The notes under the pieces were generated by a model. The model made no database searches. It was not told the DNA's origin and saw nothing but the letters and a program-made list of their open reading frames with translations. Below, in pieces: positions 10,409 to 22,271 of a stretch of 64,000 nt of DNA. Origin of the DNA: Ranitomeya imitator (Eukaryota); contig NW_027193546.1 of the NCBI RefSeq assembly GCF_032444005.1, positions 806,001 through 870,000 on the forward strand, in the 5' to 3' direction. Within the stretch, counting starts at the first letter, position 1, and the number at the start of each line of letters is the position of its first letter. Made by a program: the position numbers and the translations under genes.

Positions 10409-11362
10409 CTAGTTTAACGCCCTCCTGATGAGTGTAGCGAGTCTTCTGGCGAATGTGTGTTTCCCAGGTTTGTTGAGGTGTAGTCCGTCTCTGGCAAGGA
10501 GTCCATCATACCAGTAATTCACACCGTGGTCCAGGAATCCAAATCCTTGTTGTCTGCACCATCGTCTTAGCCAGTTGTTTGCATCAAGGATCCTGTTCCA
10601 TCTCCTGGTGCCATGCCCGTCTACTGGAAGGATAGAAGAAAAAACTACCTGTGCATCCAGTTCCTTTACTTTCTTCCCCAACTCTTCAAAGTCCTTGCAG
10701 ATTGTCGGTAGGTCCTTCCTTGCCGTGTCATTGGTGCCAACATGTATCAGAAGAAATGGGTGGACGTCCTTGGAGCTGAAGAGCTTTGGTATCCTATCGG
10801 TCACATCCTTGATCATCGCACCTGGAAGGCAGCATACTTCTCTTGCAGTTATGTCCGGTCTGCAGATGGCTGCTTCGGTGCCTCTCAGTAGTGAGTCTCC
10901 CACCACCACCACTCTTCGTTGCTTCTTGGCTGTACTTTTTGCTGTCACTTGTTGCTGTGTGCCCTTTTCTTTTTTGCTTGCTGGTATTGCTTCATTCTTA
11001 GGTGTGCCATCTTCATCCTCTACAAAGATTTGATATCGGTTCTTCAGTTGTGTGGTTGGTGATTTCTCCATGGTCTTCTTGCTTCTTTTGGTCACATGCT
11101 TCCACTCATCTGCTTTTGGAGGTTCTCTGACACTTTTTGCACCTTCTGTGACCAGTAGAGATGCTTCTGTTCTGTCTAGAAAGTCTTCATTCTCTTTGAT
11201 GAGTTTCAAAGTTGCTATTCTTTCTTCCAGACCCCGCACCTTTTCTTCTAAAAGGGCCACTAGTCTACACTTCTGACAGGTGAAATTGGATTCTTCTTCT
11301 GGTCGATCTGTGAACATGTAGCACATGCTGCAGCTCACCATGTAGGTTGTCACATCTGCCAT
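10409..11362 (-). CDS. CR1 ORF1: CxxC..CxxC zinc finger, coiled coil, SGNH/GDSL esterase (317 aa)
   Basis: CSMC...CQKC; SGNH blocks VGDSLLRG, LPGA, HVGTND and DGLH are intact. Confidence 0.93.
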   Translation of the reverse strand: MADVTTYMVSCSMCYMFTDRPEEESNFTCQKCRLVALLEEKVRGLEERIATLKLIKENEDFLDRTEASLLVTEGAKSVREPPKADEWKHVTKRSKKTMEKSPTTQLKNRYQIFVEDEDGTPKNEAIPASKKEKGTQQQVTAKSTAKKQRRVVVVGDSLLRGTEAAICRPDITAREVCCLPGAMIKDVTDRIPKLFSSKDVHPFLLIHVGTNDTARKDLPTICKDFEELGKKVKELDAQVVFSSILPVDGHGTRRWNRILDANNWLRRWCRQQGFGFLDHGVNYWYDGLLARDGLHLNKPGKHTFARRLATLIRRALN

Positions 11363-11463
11363 GTTGCTCCTAGATCCTGCTGACTTGCTGTGTGTTTTCC
11401 TTCTTGTGTAATCTACTCAGCCAAGCTCTCTTGCAATAATGTCCTACAGGCAAAAATTCGCGC

Positions 11464-12097
11464 GGTTTGGTGATGCTTTCGAAGCAGCTGGTCCCGGCTG
11501 TACCCAACGATCTTCTAGCTTAGGGAGACTTCGCTTCTCCCAGAAGGCACCTGGAATATGCAAATTAGCCTCCTGAAGCTTGAATCCCTGGTTTGGTGAT
11601 GCTTTCGAAGCAGCTGGTCCCGGCTGTACCCAACGATCTTCTAGCTTAGGGAGACTTCGCTTCTCCCAGAAGGCACCTGGAATATTCAAATTAGCCTCCT
11701 GAAGCTTGAATCCCTGGTTTGGTGATGCTTTCGAAGCAGCTGGTCCCGGCTGTACCCAACGATCTTCTAGCTTAGGGAGACTTCGCTTCTCCCAGAAGGC
11801 ACCTGGAATATGCAAATTAGCCTCCTGAAGCTTGAATCCCTGGTTTGGTGATGCTTTCGAAGCAGCTGGTCCCGGCTGTACCCAACGATCTTCTAGCTTA
11901 GGGAGACTTCGCTTCTCCCAGAAGGCACCTGGAATATGCAAATTAGCCTCCTGAAGCTTGAATCCCTGGTTTGGTGATGCTTTCGAAGCAGCTGGTCCCG
12001 GCTGTACCCAACGATCTTCTAGCTTAGGGAGACTTCGCTTCTCCCAGAAGGCACCTGGAATATGCAAATTAGCCTCCTGAAGCTTGAATCCCTGGTT
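11464..12097 (-). repeat. Five 126-bp tandem monomers forming the CR1 5' UTR
   Basis: Units start at 11464, 11590, 11716, 11842 and 11968 (4-nt stub at 12094); one substitution seen, in unit 2. Confidence 0.96.
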
Positions 12098-12255
12098 CAA
12101 GGATAGACCGGAGCGCCGGCGCCGACTCTCTCAGCGTAGTTGCCCTTGCGGAGAAGCCTGTGCACACGGCCGACTGGGAACTGCAGTCCTGCCCGGGATG
12201 AGCGGGTCTTGGCCTTAGCACGGACCTTTCCTCCTTGTTTGCCGCGTCCAGACAT
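12097..12255 (-). pseudogene. H2A: Truncated H2A (51 H2A codons plus Pro, then TGA) fused to the CR1 5' end
   Basis: MSGRGKQ...GAGAPVYP*; identical to the H2A 5' end as far as 12102, with the stop codon supplied by the junction. Confidence 0.93.
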
Positions 12256-13432
12256 GATGCCGATAACTAATGACGGAAAATCGTGTAGAGAAGAGTCTGT
12301 GCTATGTCGCCTTATATAGTCCGTTGCTCCGCCCTCCTCTCCTGTCGTTGGACGGATCTGAAGATGAAAATGGAGAAGAGTATTGGAGATCCACCAATGA
12401 GCTACAGAGGGCGGAGCTTATTATTGCTCCTTTCTCAAATGAGTTTCTCACCCAATAGAAAACGTTCGCTTTGGACAGAATAGATAAGGGGTGAAAACAG
12501 ATATCTGTCCTGGAGCAGAAGGAAATGCAGAAATATTCTGTTGACTTGTTGTACTTGTGTCTTCTATCAGCCATATATTGCACTGACAGTCTGGCGGGTG
12601 AGGGGTTAATTCCTGTCAGGAGGCGGCTCCTCACTCACCCGCTTATTATCCTGTGCAGATCCCCTGTGGTGTCCGCGCTTATACTATCACAGCCTGACTG
12701 AGACAAGTCTCCTATGTTCTGCCCGGAGCCTGATGTGACGCTGCCGGGTCTCGGGTGGGGGAAGTCGCCGCTTCTGTAAAGCGAGTGTGTAGTGGGGGGT
12801 CAGCACACACGGACACTGAGGAGTTAAATGGAGGCGGATATTCCTGTATCTGGGATTGGTCGGCGCCTGCGGATGTCTCTCGCTCATTGGCTGATTACAG
12901 ATCCGTTGCTGGTTTTGAATTCCCCGCTCAGTTTCTGCTCTTTGTCCGTCGGGTTTATTACCGGCCCCTTTGCTGGAGCGGCGATCGCTGATAATAGTGT
13001 GCGGTATTTTTTCTTCTACTATTAACTTGACCACACGGTCTGTTTTACCAGCACCTCCGTGTCCTTGACCTGAGTGCACACCATTATCCTTGTTCATGCC
13101 CCCAAACACGGGCGGGGATCGGTCGCCATTATTACTCTGGGGAGGTTATAATAACCTTCATAGGCGCCATCCATCCGAAACATTAGTGTCCGGGACGTGG
13201 TCATCACATAGGAGTCTCCGTACCCGGTACACAGGGCGTCCATCTATCCAGCTGCCTCAGACAGCCACATTCCCTGTGAATATTCGCTGCCCTATTCACC
13301 CCACACGGATCTGATCAGGAGAATATTACTGTACAGCCCATTTCCCTGTAATTCCGTGTTCTATTTATTTTATATATCAATAAGAAGAAACCGCATTTGT
13401 GCTGTGATGGGAGTCACCAGTACTTGGGGCAT
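12102..13432. repeat. Right copy of the 1,331-bp direct duplication (H2A 5' end, promoter and upstream spacer)
   Basis: Matches 6053-7383. Confidence 0.96.
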
Positions 13433-13599
13433 CTTACAGTCAGACTTGTGATCGGATCTCTCTGCACTGCAGTGGTTTTATCTCACGTCATATTAACCCT
13501 ATGAGATCTATGGCATTCGTTTTACATTATTACATCTAGTGCTAGAGGATCCTATCCTGCAATTGTATTGGGATATTTCTCCCATGATTCGTTGTTCCC

Positions 13600-14543
13600 C
13601 TCCACATTCTCGGAACTTCTACATGTGGGCAAAACAGAATTCATTGTCTTTCCCACATCACACGCAACCCCCCAACGAACCTATCCATTACAGGAAACGG
13701 CTGCCCACTCTCCTCAGTCCAAGTTCGCTGCCTCGGGGTAATCCTTGACACTCATCTCTCCTTCAAACCTCATATCCAAGCCCTTTCCACTTCCTGCCGC
13801 CTTCAACTCAAAATATTTCAAGGATCTATAGATTTCTAAACCAAGAATCTGCAAAAACCCTAGTCTATGCCCTCATCATCTCCCGCCTGGACTACTGTAA
13901 CCTCCTGCTCTGTGGCCTCCCCTCTAACACTCTCGCACCCCTCCTATCTATTCTAAACTCTCCTGCCCGACTAACCAACCTGTCCCCCGCTATTCCCCGG
14001 CCTCTCCCCTCTGTCAATCCCTTCACTGGCTCCCCATTACCCAGAGACTCCAGTACAAAAGCCTAACCATGACATACAAAGCCATCCACAAAATGTCTCC
14101 TTTATACATCTGTGACCTCCTCTCCCGGTACTTTCCTGCAACCTCCGATCCTCACAAGATCTCCTTCTCTACTCCCCTCTTATCTCCTCTTCCCACAATC
14201 GCATACAAGATTTATCTTGCGCATCACCCCTACTCTGGAACCCTCTACCACAACACATCAGACTCTCACCTACCATGGAAACCTTCAAAAAGAGCCTAAA
14301 GACCCACCTCTTCCGACAAGCCTACAACCTGCAGTAACCACCACTGATCGACCAGCTCTACCTTCACCTACTGTATCCTCATCCATCCATTGTAGATTGC
14401 GAGCCCTCGTGGGCAGGGTCCTCTCTCCTCCTGTACCAGTTATGACTTGTATTGTTCAAGATCATTGTACCTGTTATTATGTATACACCTCCTCACATGT
14501 AAAGCGCCATGGAATAAATGGCGCTATAATAATAAATAATAAT
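13600..14543 (+). mobile_element. Degenerate 5'-truncated L2/CR1-group LINE (RT C-terminal region plus 3' UTR)
   Basis: Broken frames read KTEFIVFP..VRCLGVILD..LSFKPHI..ALIISRLDYCNLLLCGLP..LHWLPITQR. Ends in the hairpin AGCGCCAT-ggaataa-ATGGCGCT (14503-14525) plus (AAT)n. The 5' boundary is approximate. Confidence 0.85.
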
Positions 14544-15548
14544 ATTGCCCGAGAGCCGCCAGTCCTGACACTAGATGAAGCGGGGGAAGAAAAGTGATAG
14601 AACAGAAGGACGATCAGTAACTGAGCAGGGATCCTGTGAGGAGGATGTGACGGCCGATAATGTAACTGCCTGACCTGTGAGATCCTGACACCACAGGGTA
14701 ATGTTCTGAGCAGGGACACTCCGCAATCTTCTACACATGATCCTACATTTCCCATCACAGACCTCCTGCCTGCAGCCGTAGGACTGATCTGTAATGGGGA
14801 GACATGGTGGGATCTGCTGGGAAGGGCAGAATTGGTCTTCCCTGAAATGTCTCTTGTAGGATATGTCCCTGACCAGTATATCGTCTCCACAATACGGATT
14901 GTGACGGGAAAGGGACGATCTGATCGTCTCCAGGTCAGACACACGGGAACATCACAGCATGTGGAGAACACGAATCATTCTCTATATCCATGAGAGGAAA
15001 CCGGAGCGGATACAGCGCCGCTAACCTGGAAATCTGCAGATTCCTGTGTGGGATGTAAGAGACCAATGATCGCTCAACACAAGCAGATTTCCCGATATCG
15101 GTCCTGGGACCAGGTGTTATATGAAGACAAAAGACGGAAAAAAGCGGGAACCGTAAACGTGTTACCATTGGAAACATTAGCTCCTCCCTCTGCTGATTGG
15201 CTGAACACAGGACGGTTGGGGGTTTGAATTTCCCGCCGCTTCTAAATGTAATGACGTCACTTACACTGTAAAAAGAATCCAGATTAGGCTCTAGATCAAC
15301 TCCACCACAAATGGCTCCTGTTACCTGAGAAATGAGAGTAATGAACTAATAAACGAGACCCCAGAATGCCGAGATCTGTGCAGCAAGGAGTTAAATAAGA
15401 AGTCCCTGAATACACATCAACTCGCTGAGCAATGCCCAGATTATTCCTGAGATTTTCTCACCATCTCCCTCGTCACCAGGCGCAGAGCCCCGGGCGGAGC
15501 GAGCAGACACCTCGGGAAGACGGGAGAGGACACCGGAGCAGTGTGGGT

Positions 15549-15588
15549 GGCTCTTGTAGTGAGGGTGTGGGTGGCTCTTAGAAGAGCC
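15549..15588 (-). terminator. Histone 3' stem-loop plus HDE of H2B
   Basis: Minus strand GGCTCT TCTA AGAGCC ACCCAC (15573-15588); second AAGAGCC at 15549-15555. Confidence 0.93.
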
Positions 15589-15618
15589 TTTGGGGTGAGG
15601 AGCGGAGCACGGANNNNN

Positions 15619-16017
<399 letters not shown>

Positions 16018-16067
16018 TCAGTACAAGTGAGAAGAATAATGATCCTGCGTCTCCAAGAGCGGCGGAA

Positions 16068-16120
16068 TTTATAGCCCGGCCATGCAGATGAGCACTGCTG
16101 TCAGACCGCCGTTCTATTGG
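16068..16120 (-). promoter_or_regulatory. H2B promoter: TATA, variant octamer, CCAAT
   Basis: Minus-strand CTATAAA at 16068-16074; CTC-ATCTGCAT at 16082-16089 in the H2B-box position (one mismatch to ATTTGCAT); CCAAT at 16116-16120. Confidence 0.75.
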
Positions 16121-16786
16121 GTGATGAAGTCATGTGACCAACGAGAACGTTAGACGCTCCGCCCACTGCAGCCGATTGGTGGTTTCCCAAATCATTGCTT
16201 CATCTTTGCAGCGGGGATGCTGTATAGCGATGTAAAACCCTGTATAATGCTCTATACATCTAAATAGTGCTGTGAAGCTCCATATACCGCAGTGCACCCT
16301 CATATAGCGCTGTATGTGTTCATGTTCTATTTACCCTTCATAGTGCTGTTATTCATCTGAATAGTGCAGAGTACCCCCATATACTGCAACCTACTGACAA
16401 ATGACTGTGCCACATTATGCAGGCAGTTACAGTACAGCGCCCGACATGTTACACTCCGTATAGTGCAGTAATATCTCCAGATGGTGCTGGAAACCCCAGC
16501 TAGTCAGCTGTGCCAGGACTGCAAACCCTGTGAATTCAGTGAGATGTTTCGGTAGTAGCCGCACCCAGTTTTCTAGGAAGAGCCGGCTTCCCTCAGGAGC
16601 TGTGTCCCCTGTATAAACTGCACTTATCCCTCCTGTGTGTGATCTCAGTAACATGAAGCCGGATCAGTCACTTCAGCCACGAATCTCTGCTCTGTGGTGA
16701 CCGCAGTACAGTGGAGCACGGATCGTGTATAGTGACCTCTATATACCGCCTGGTGCAGTGTGAACCATCAGTGTGATCAGCGGTGC

Positions 16787-16910
16787 GGCTCTTAGGAGGA
16801 GGATGTGGGGGCTCTTAGAAGAGCCTTTGAGTGTGTGGACAGATGTGGAGGAGCGGAGTTTACAGTCCTGGCACAGCAGACTAGCCGCTTCCTGGATCTA
16901 CGAGGAAACG
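16787..16910 (-). pseudogene. Orphan histone 3' end (stem-loop plus HDE) with a possible decayed H2B-like remnant
   Basis: GGCTCT TCTA AGAGCC at 16810-16825 and AAGAGCC at 16787-16793. The upstream UTR shares CTCCGCTCCTC with the H2B 3' UTR. No intact histone ORF lies upstream. Confidence 0.6.
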
Positions 16911-18412
16911 GCCATTATCTGTCCCAATCACTGCACAAAGTCCTCCTTCAATAAGGGCTAATTTCCAGCTATCTGCAGATTATTCCGAGGCTGAGTTCTG
17001 CGAGCGACACTCAATTTGCACTGACAGTCTGGCGGGTGAGGGGTCAATCCCTGTCAGTGTTTCTCCTCCGCTCCATCTGCACAGGAGGCGGCTCTTCACT
17101 CACCCGCGTATTATCCTGTGCAGATCCCCTGTGGTGTCCGCGCTGATCCTATCACAGCCTGACTGAGACAAGTCTCCTATGTTCTGCCCGGAGCCTGATG
17201 TGACGCTGCCGGGTCTCGGGTGGGGGAAGTCGCCGCTTCTATAAAGCGAGTGAGTAGTGGGGGTCAGCACACAAGGACACTAAGGAGTTAATGGGGGCGG
17301 ATGTTCCTGTATCTGGGATTGGTCGGCGCCTGTGGATGTCTCTCGCTCATTGGCTGATTACAGATCCGTTGCTGGTTTTGAATTTCCCGCTCAATCGCTT
17401 TTCTTTGTCCGTCGGATTATTACCGGCCCCTCTGCTGGAGCGGCGATCGCTGTGTATACCGGTGGGAGCAGCTCTACCCCGCTGATAATACCGGGTCCTG
17501 TCCTCCCAGCTGTCTGCCCCCGAACACGGGGATCAGTCGCCATTATTATTCTGAGGAGGTTATAATAGTCTTCAGAGGCGACATCCATCCGACACATTAG
17601 TGTCCAGGACTTGGTCATCACACAGGAGCCTCCGTACCCGGTACACAGGGCGTCCATCTATCCAGCTGCCTCTTACAGCCACATTCCCTGTACACGGATC
17701 TGATCAGGAAATTATCACTGCGGCCCAGTGCGGATATATATCCCCCATGAATCCATGTTATCTTTGTAGGTCAATGAGAAGAAACCGCATCACCCGAAGT
17801 CCGCGGTGAAAGACGGGGGAGCAGACACGGCCCCAGTATGTCAGGACCCGGGAGCATACAACTAGCACGTCCCAGGCTGAGGCCGGTACTACAGGCAGCC
17901 GCACAGGGGATATTTTGCCCTGCAGAGACGCTGAGCCGGATACTAATCAATCAGCGCCCAATAAGAACAGGATCTTAAATGTCTAGACAGAATATTAACC
18001 TACATTTGGAAACCGCCCGGAACACCCCCTGATTAGAGCTGTAGAGAGATCTGCTTCCAATAAGCCTTTCCACGTCAGGATATCCTTCGGAAACTGAATG
18101 TGTGGGAATATGGTTAAAGAGACCCTACTCCCAGATCATACACACACGGAATCCGTCGGGTACAAAACAGGATTTGCAAATAGGTCTCACAACCAAAAGC
18201 AGCGACAGAACCATCCGCCCAAAAACGGCATCAGAGGACGTTACCGAACTGCGGATCAGGGTCAGAATTACCATTCCCCACAATTATTTGGCCGATGGTA
18301 GTTTTCGACTATTCAGTATTCGGAGCGTAAATTCGGCACCGATGAGTGTTCTACTAACATTACAGCGACATCACCACAGCAGAGAAATGAGATCCTAGCA
18401 GTCAGGTGCAGC

Positions 18413-18450
18413 CTCTCACTTAGAAGATGTGGGTGGCTCTGAAAAGAGCC
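18413..18450 (-). terminator. Histone 3' stem-loop plus HDE of the second H4
   Basis: Minus strand GGCTCT TTTC AGAGCC ACCCA (18435-18450), then AAGTGAGAG. Confidence 0.95.
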
Positions 18451-18480
18451 TTTGGGTTGTGAAGACAGAAGAGAACACAA

Positions 18481-18801
<321 letters not shown>

Positions 18802-18843
18802 TTAATGAGCAAAAACTGATTCCTGAGCCTCAGGGACTGCACC

Positions 18844-18986
18844 TTTATATGGAGGGAGAATGGACCAGAGAGAGAACTGCAGAGATGACGCACTTCCGGG
18901 AGGGGGCTTACAGAATCTACATTAGCTCCTCCCTTTCTCTGCTGATTGGCTAAATACTAAACTGTAGGGAAGTTTGATTTTCCCGC
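18844..18986 (-). promoter_or_regulatory. Second H4 promoter
   Basis: ATATAAA at 18844-18850, GGTCC at 18862-18866, CCAAT at 18945-18949, degenerate CHR/E2F-like module at 18973-18986. Confidence 0.7.
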
Positions 18987-19124
18987 TCATTGCTCAGTTT
19001 CTGCAATTATCTTTCCAGCTTCTATTATGTGTAATTTCCTTCCCTTATGATTGAGGGTATCCTAAATATTGTCATTACTGTTCCAGATCATGGTGGATCA
19101 TATCTTCCACAACAGATGATGCCC

Positions 19125-19300
19125 CCAGTTACCCTCCACACAGTATGATGCCTCCTACACAGTAAGATACCCACACAGCAGGATGTCCCCACAGTTACTG
19201 TGTGGGGGTATAATACCCCCAGTAACTCCCCAAACAGTATGATGCCCTAAGTCCCCCCCCCACACACACACACACACACTTTGATGCACCCACAGTTATC
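19125..19300. repeat. Degenerate CACAGTATGATGCCCC-type minisatellite plus (CA)n microsatellite
   Basis: Repeated cagtatgatgcc-like units; CA run at 19260-19279. Confidence 0.6.
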
Positions 19301-19311
19301 CCCTATACAAT

Positions 19312-19826
19312 GTAACATAGTAACATAGTTAGTAAGGCCGAAAAAATACATTTGTCCTTCCAGTTCAGCCTATATTCCATCATAATAAATCCCCAGATCT
19401 ACGTCCTTCTACAGAACCTAATAATTGTATGATACAATATTGTTCTGCTCCAGGAAGACATCCAGGCCTCTCTTGAACCCCTCGACTGAGTTCGCCATCA
19501 CCACCTCCTCAGGCAAGCAATTCCAGATTCTCACTGCCCTAACAGTAAAGAATCCTCTTCTATGTTGGTGGAAAAACCTTCTCTCTTCCAGACGCAAAGA
19601 ATGCCCCCTTGTGCCCGTCACCTTCCTTGGTATAAACAGATCCTCAGCGAGATATTTGTATTGTCCCCTTATATACTTATACATGGTTATTAGATCGCCC
19701 CGTCTTTTTTCTAGACTAAATAATCCTAATTTCGCTAACCTATCTGGGTATTGTAGTTCTCCCATTCCCTTTATTAATTTTGTTGGCCTCCTTTGTACTC
19801 TCTCTAGTTCCATTATATCCTTCCTG
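19312..19826 (-). mobile_element. Third, 5'-truncated CR1 copy
   Basis: Same ORF2 C-terminus, 3' UTR and tail as the full-length element, with a 6-nt deletion (EKRRG vs EKRRLRG) and a few substitutions. Confidence 0.95.
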
Positions 19827-20249
19827 TGGATGTGATACCCCCAGAGCGTCCCAACCTCAGCGTAATGCAATGATAGACATTTGTTCATTTTCTGATGAAG
19901 AACTTCCATAAATGGAGATTTGGAAGGACGAAAGAAGCAAGTGAAATTAGAAGAGATTTCCCATCATTTAATCACCAGATGATGGTACTTCATTTATGCC
20001 GTTACCTCATGTACCAATTACAACCCAGAAAGACATTTTTATGCATTTTTTTTTATATAAAATATCATGCTTTAATGCAAAATTACAGGAACCTGCTCAT
20101 AATTGTAAAGTACAAATTAGTTTGTTGGTGTTTTTTTTTAATTCATTGCTTTAATGTAAAAACTGTACAGGCAGCAAGAGGGTTAAACACCAGTGTAACT
20201 GAAAAATAATCCTTACTACATCGCCCTCTATAGTGCCAGAGGCATTTAC

Positions 20250-20650
20250 CTTATACATTCGAGTATAATCTGAGATTTGCAGCCATTTTTTTTAGGCTGA
20301 AAGTGCCCCTCTCGTCTTATACTGGAGTCATTGTACCAGGGGGTCGGCGGCTGGCACATCATACTCACCTCATACTGGCGCGGTCTCTGCTTCTCAGATA
20401 GTCTCTGGCGCCTGCATCTCTTCCTGTAATGAGTGGTACCACGTGACCACTAAACAAAGTAATGAATACATACGTGGCTCCACTCCCACAGGCGTGGAGC
20501 GCATATTCATTACTTTAATGAGCGGTACCATGACGAACACAGGAACAAGTTGCCGGCACCAGAGACCTTCGGAGAAGCAGGGACTTGCAGAGACGCTGCC
20601 AGGAGGGTGAGTATGACGGGGGAGGGTGAGCCATGCATATTCACCTGTTC
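20250..20650. mobile_element. Probable non-autonomous DNA transposon (MITE) remnant with internal palindromes
   Basis: TATACATTCGAGTATAA...CTTATACTGGAGT terminal-like motif; TCATACTCACC (~20360) and GGTGAGTATGA (~20605) inverted pair; 13-bp perfect inverted repeat at 20456-20468 and 20504-20516. Family not identified. Confidence 0.45.
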
Positions 20651-21408
20651 CGACGCGTATCCGGGGGAGATTGCTAGTAGAAATTTTGCAATTAGCTCCT
20701 ATCTCCTCCCTTTCGTCTGATTGGTTGAGCACAGAACGGTTGGAGATTTTGAATTTTCCACTTATTGTGCTCTTCTTTTCCCGCTTCTCTATTCTTCTCA
20801 TCTCAGCGTCGCTTAGATCTGTTGGTTATTTTGATTTTTACTTCCATTGTAGTTTCGGTTGTTATTTTCCAGCTTGTTATAAAGTAGAATAAAAAATACA
20901 TTTTAAGGACACTGATCTACAGATAACTCATCTGATCCCCGGCAGTCACTCATCATTACACGTGGTGCCCGACTGGTGGCCATTACCGGTCACTGCAGAG
21001 CAGGGAGCTGTATGTAACCAGACCCCCGGCGGCACCAGCCACAGATAAGATGAGAAAACTCAAATATATGATAATTACAACCTAAAGCCGCAAGACTGCA
21101 GAGGCGGCACTAGGACCCCATTTACGTCTGCGCTGTACAGAAACCGCGCCTCCACCACCAAAGACCCGGGCTGTGCACAGCGCACACTTTACCCTGTCCT
21201 TATAAAACGTCAGTCATGTAATTGATGTCGCACTTTTGGACTTGGTGAGAATAAAGGATGCGCGGAGTGGTAACTGGAATATCGCGGATCACCTACAATA
21301 TCGGACACAGCAGCCGGCTATTACCTTTCCTGACCGCGCTCCGTATATGGAGAATACGCGCAGAAGAGAGACCGTTCAGGACTCGGCTCATTTGTGGGAG
21401 GATTTGGT

Positions 21409-21424
21409 GGCTCTGAAAAGAGCC
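21409..21424 (-). terminator. Histone 3' stem-loop of H3
   Basis: Minus strand GGCTCT TTTC AGAGCC ACCAA. Confidence 0.95.
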
Positions 21425-21453
21425 TTTGTGTTGTGGTCGCAGCCGGGGCAGAT

Positions 21454-22200
<747 letters not shown>

Positions 22201-22271
22201 TCACACAAACCCCCCATCCTGAGACTGCGCCCAGCATCAGTTATATTAAAAACATTACAAGTAGGAAAACC

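Larger units (their letters stand above)
7381..12101 (-). mobile_element. Full-length CR1 non-LTR retrotransposon with intact ORFs
   Basis: 5' tandem monomers, ORF1 (zinc finger plus esterase), ORF2 (APE plus RT), short 3' UTR and an 8-nt (TTACTATG)n tail, typical CR1 architecture. Confidence 0.97.

Noticed and set aside
7498-11276. Plus-strand ORFs antisense to CR1 ORF1/ORF2
   Set aside because: Shadow frames of the real minus-strand ORFs, with no recognisable motifs.
11444-12100. 218-aa ORF in the CR1 monomers (possible ORF0)
   Set aside because: It starts at a non-ATG codon, is out of frame with the H2A fragment, and is open simply because 126 is divisible by 3.
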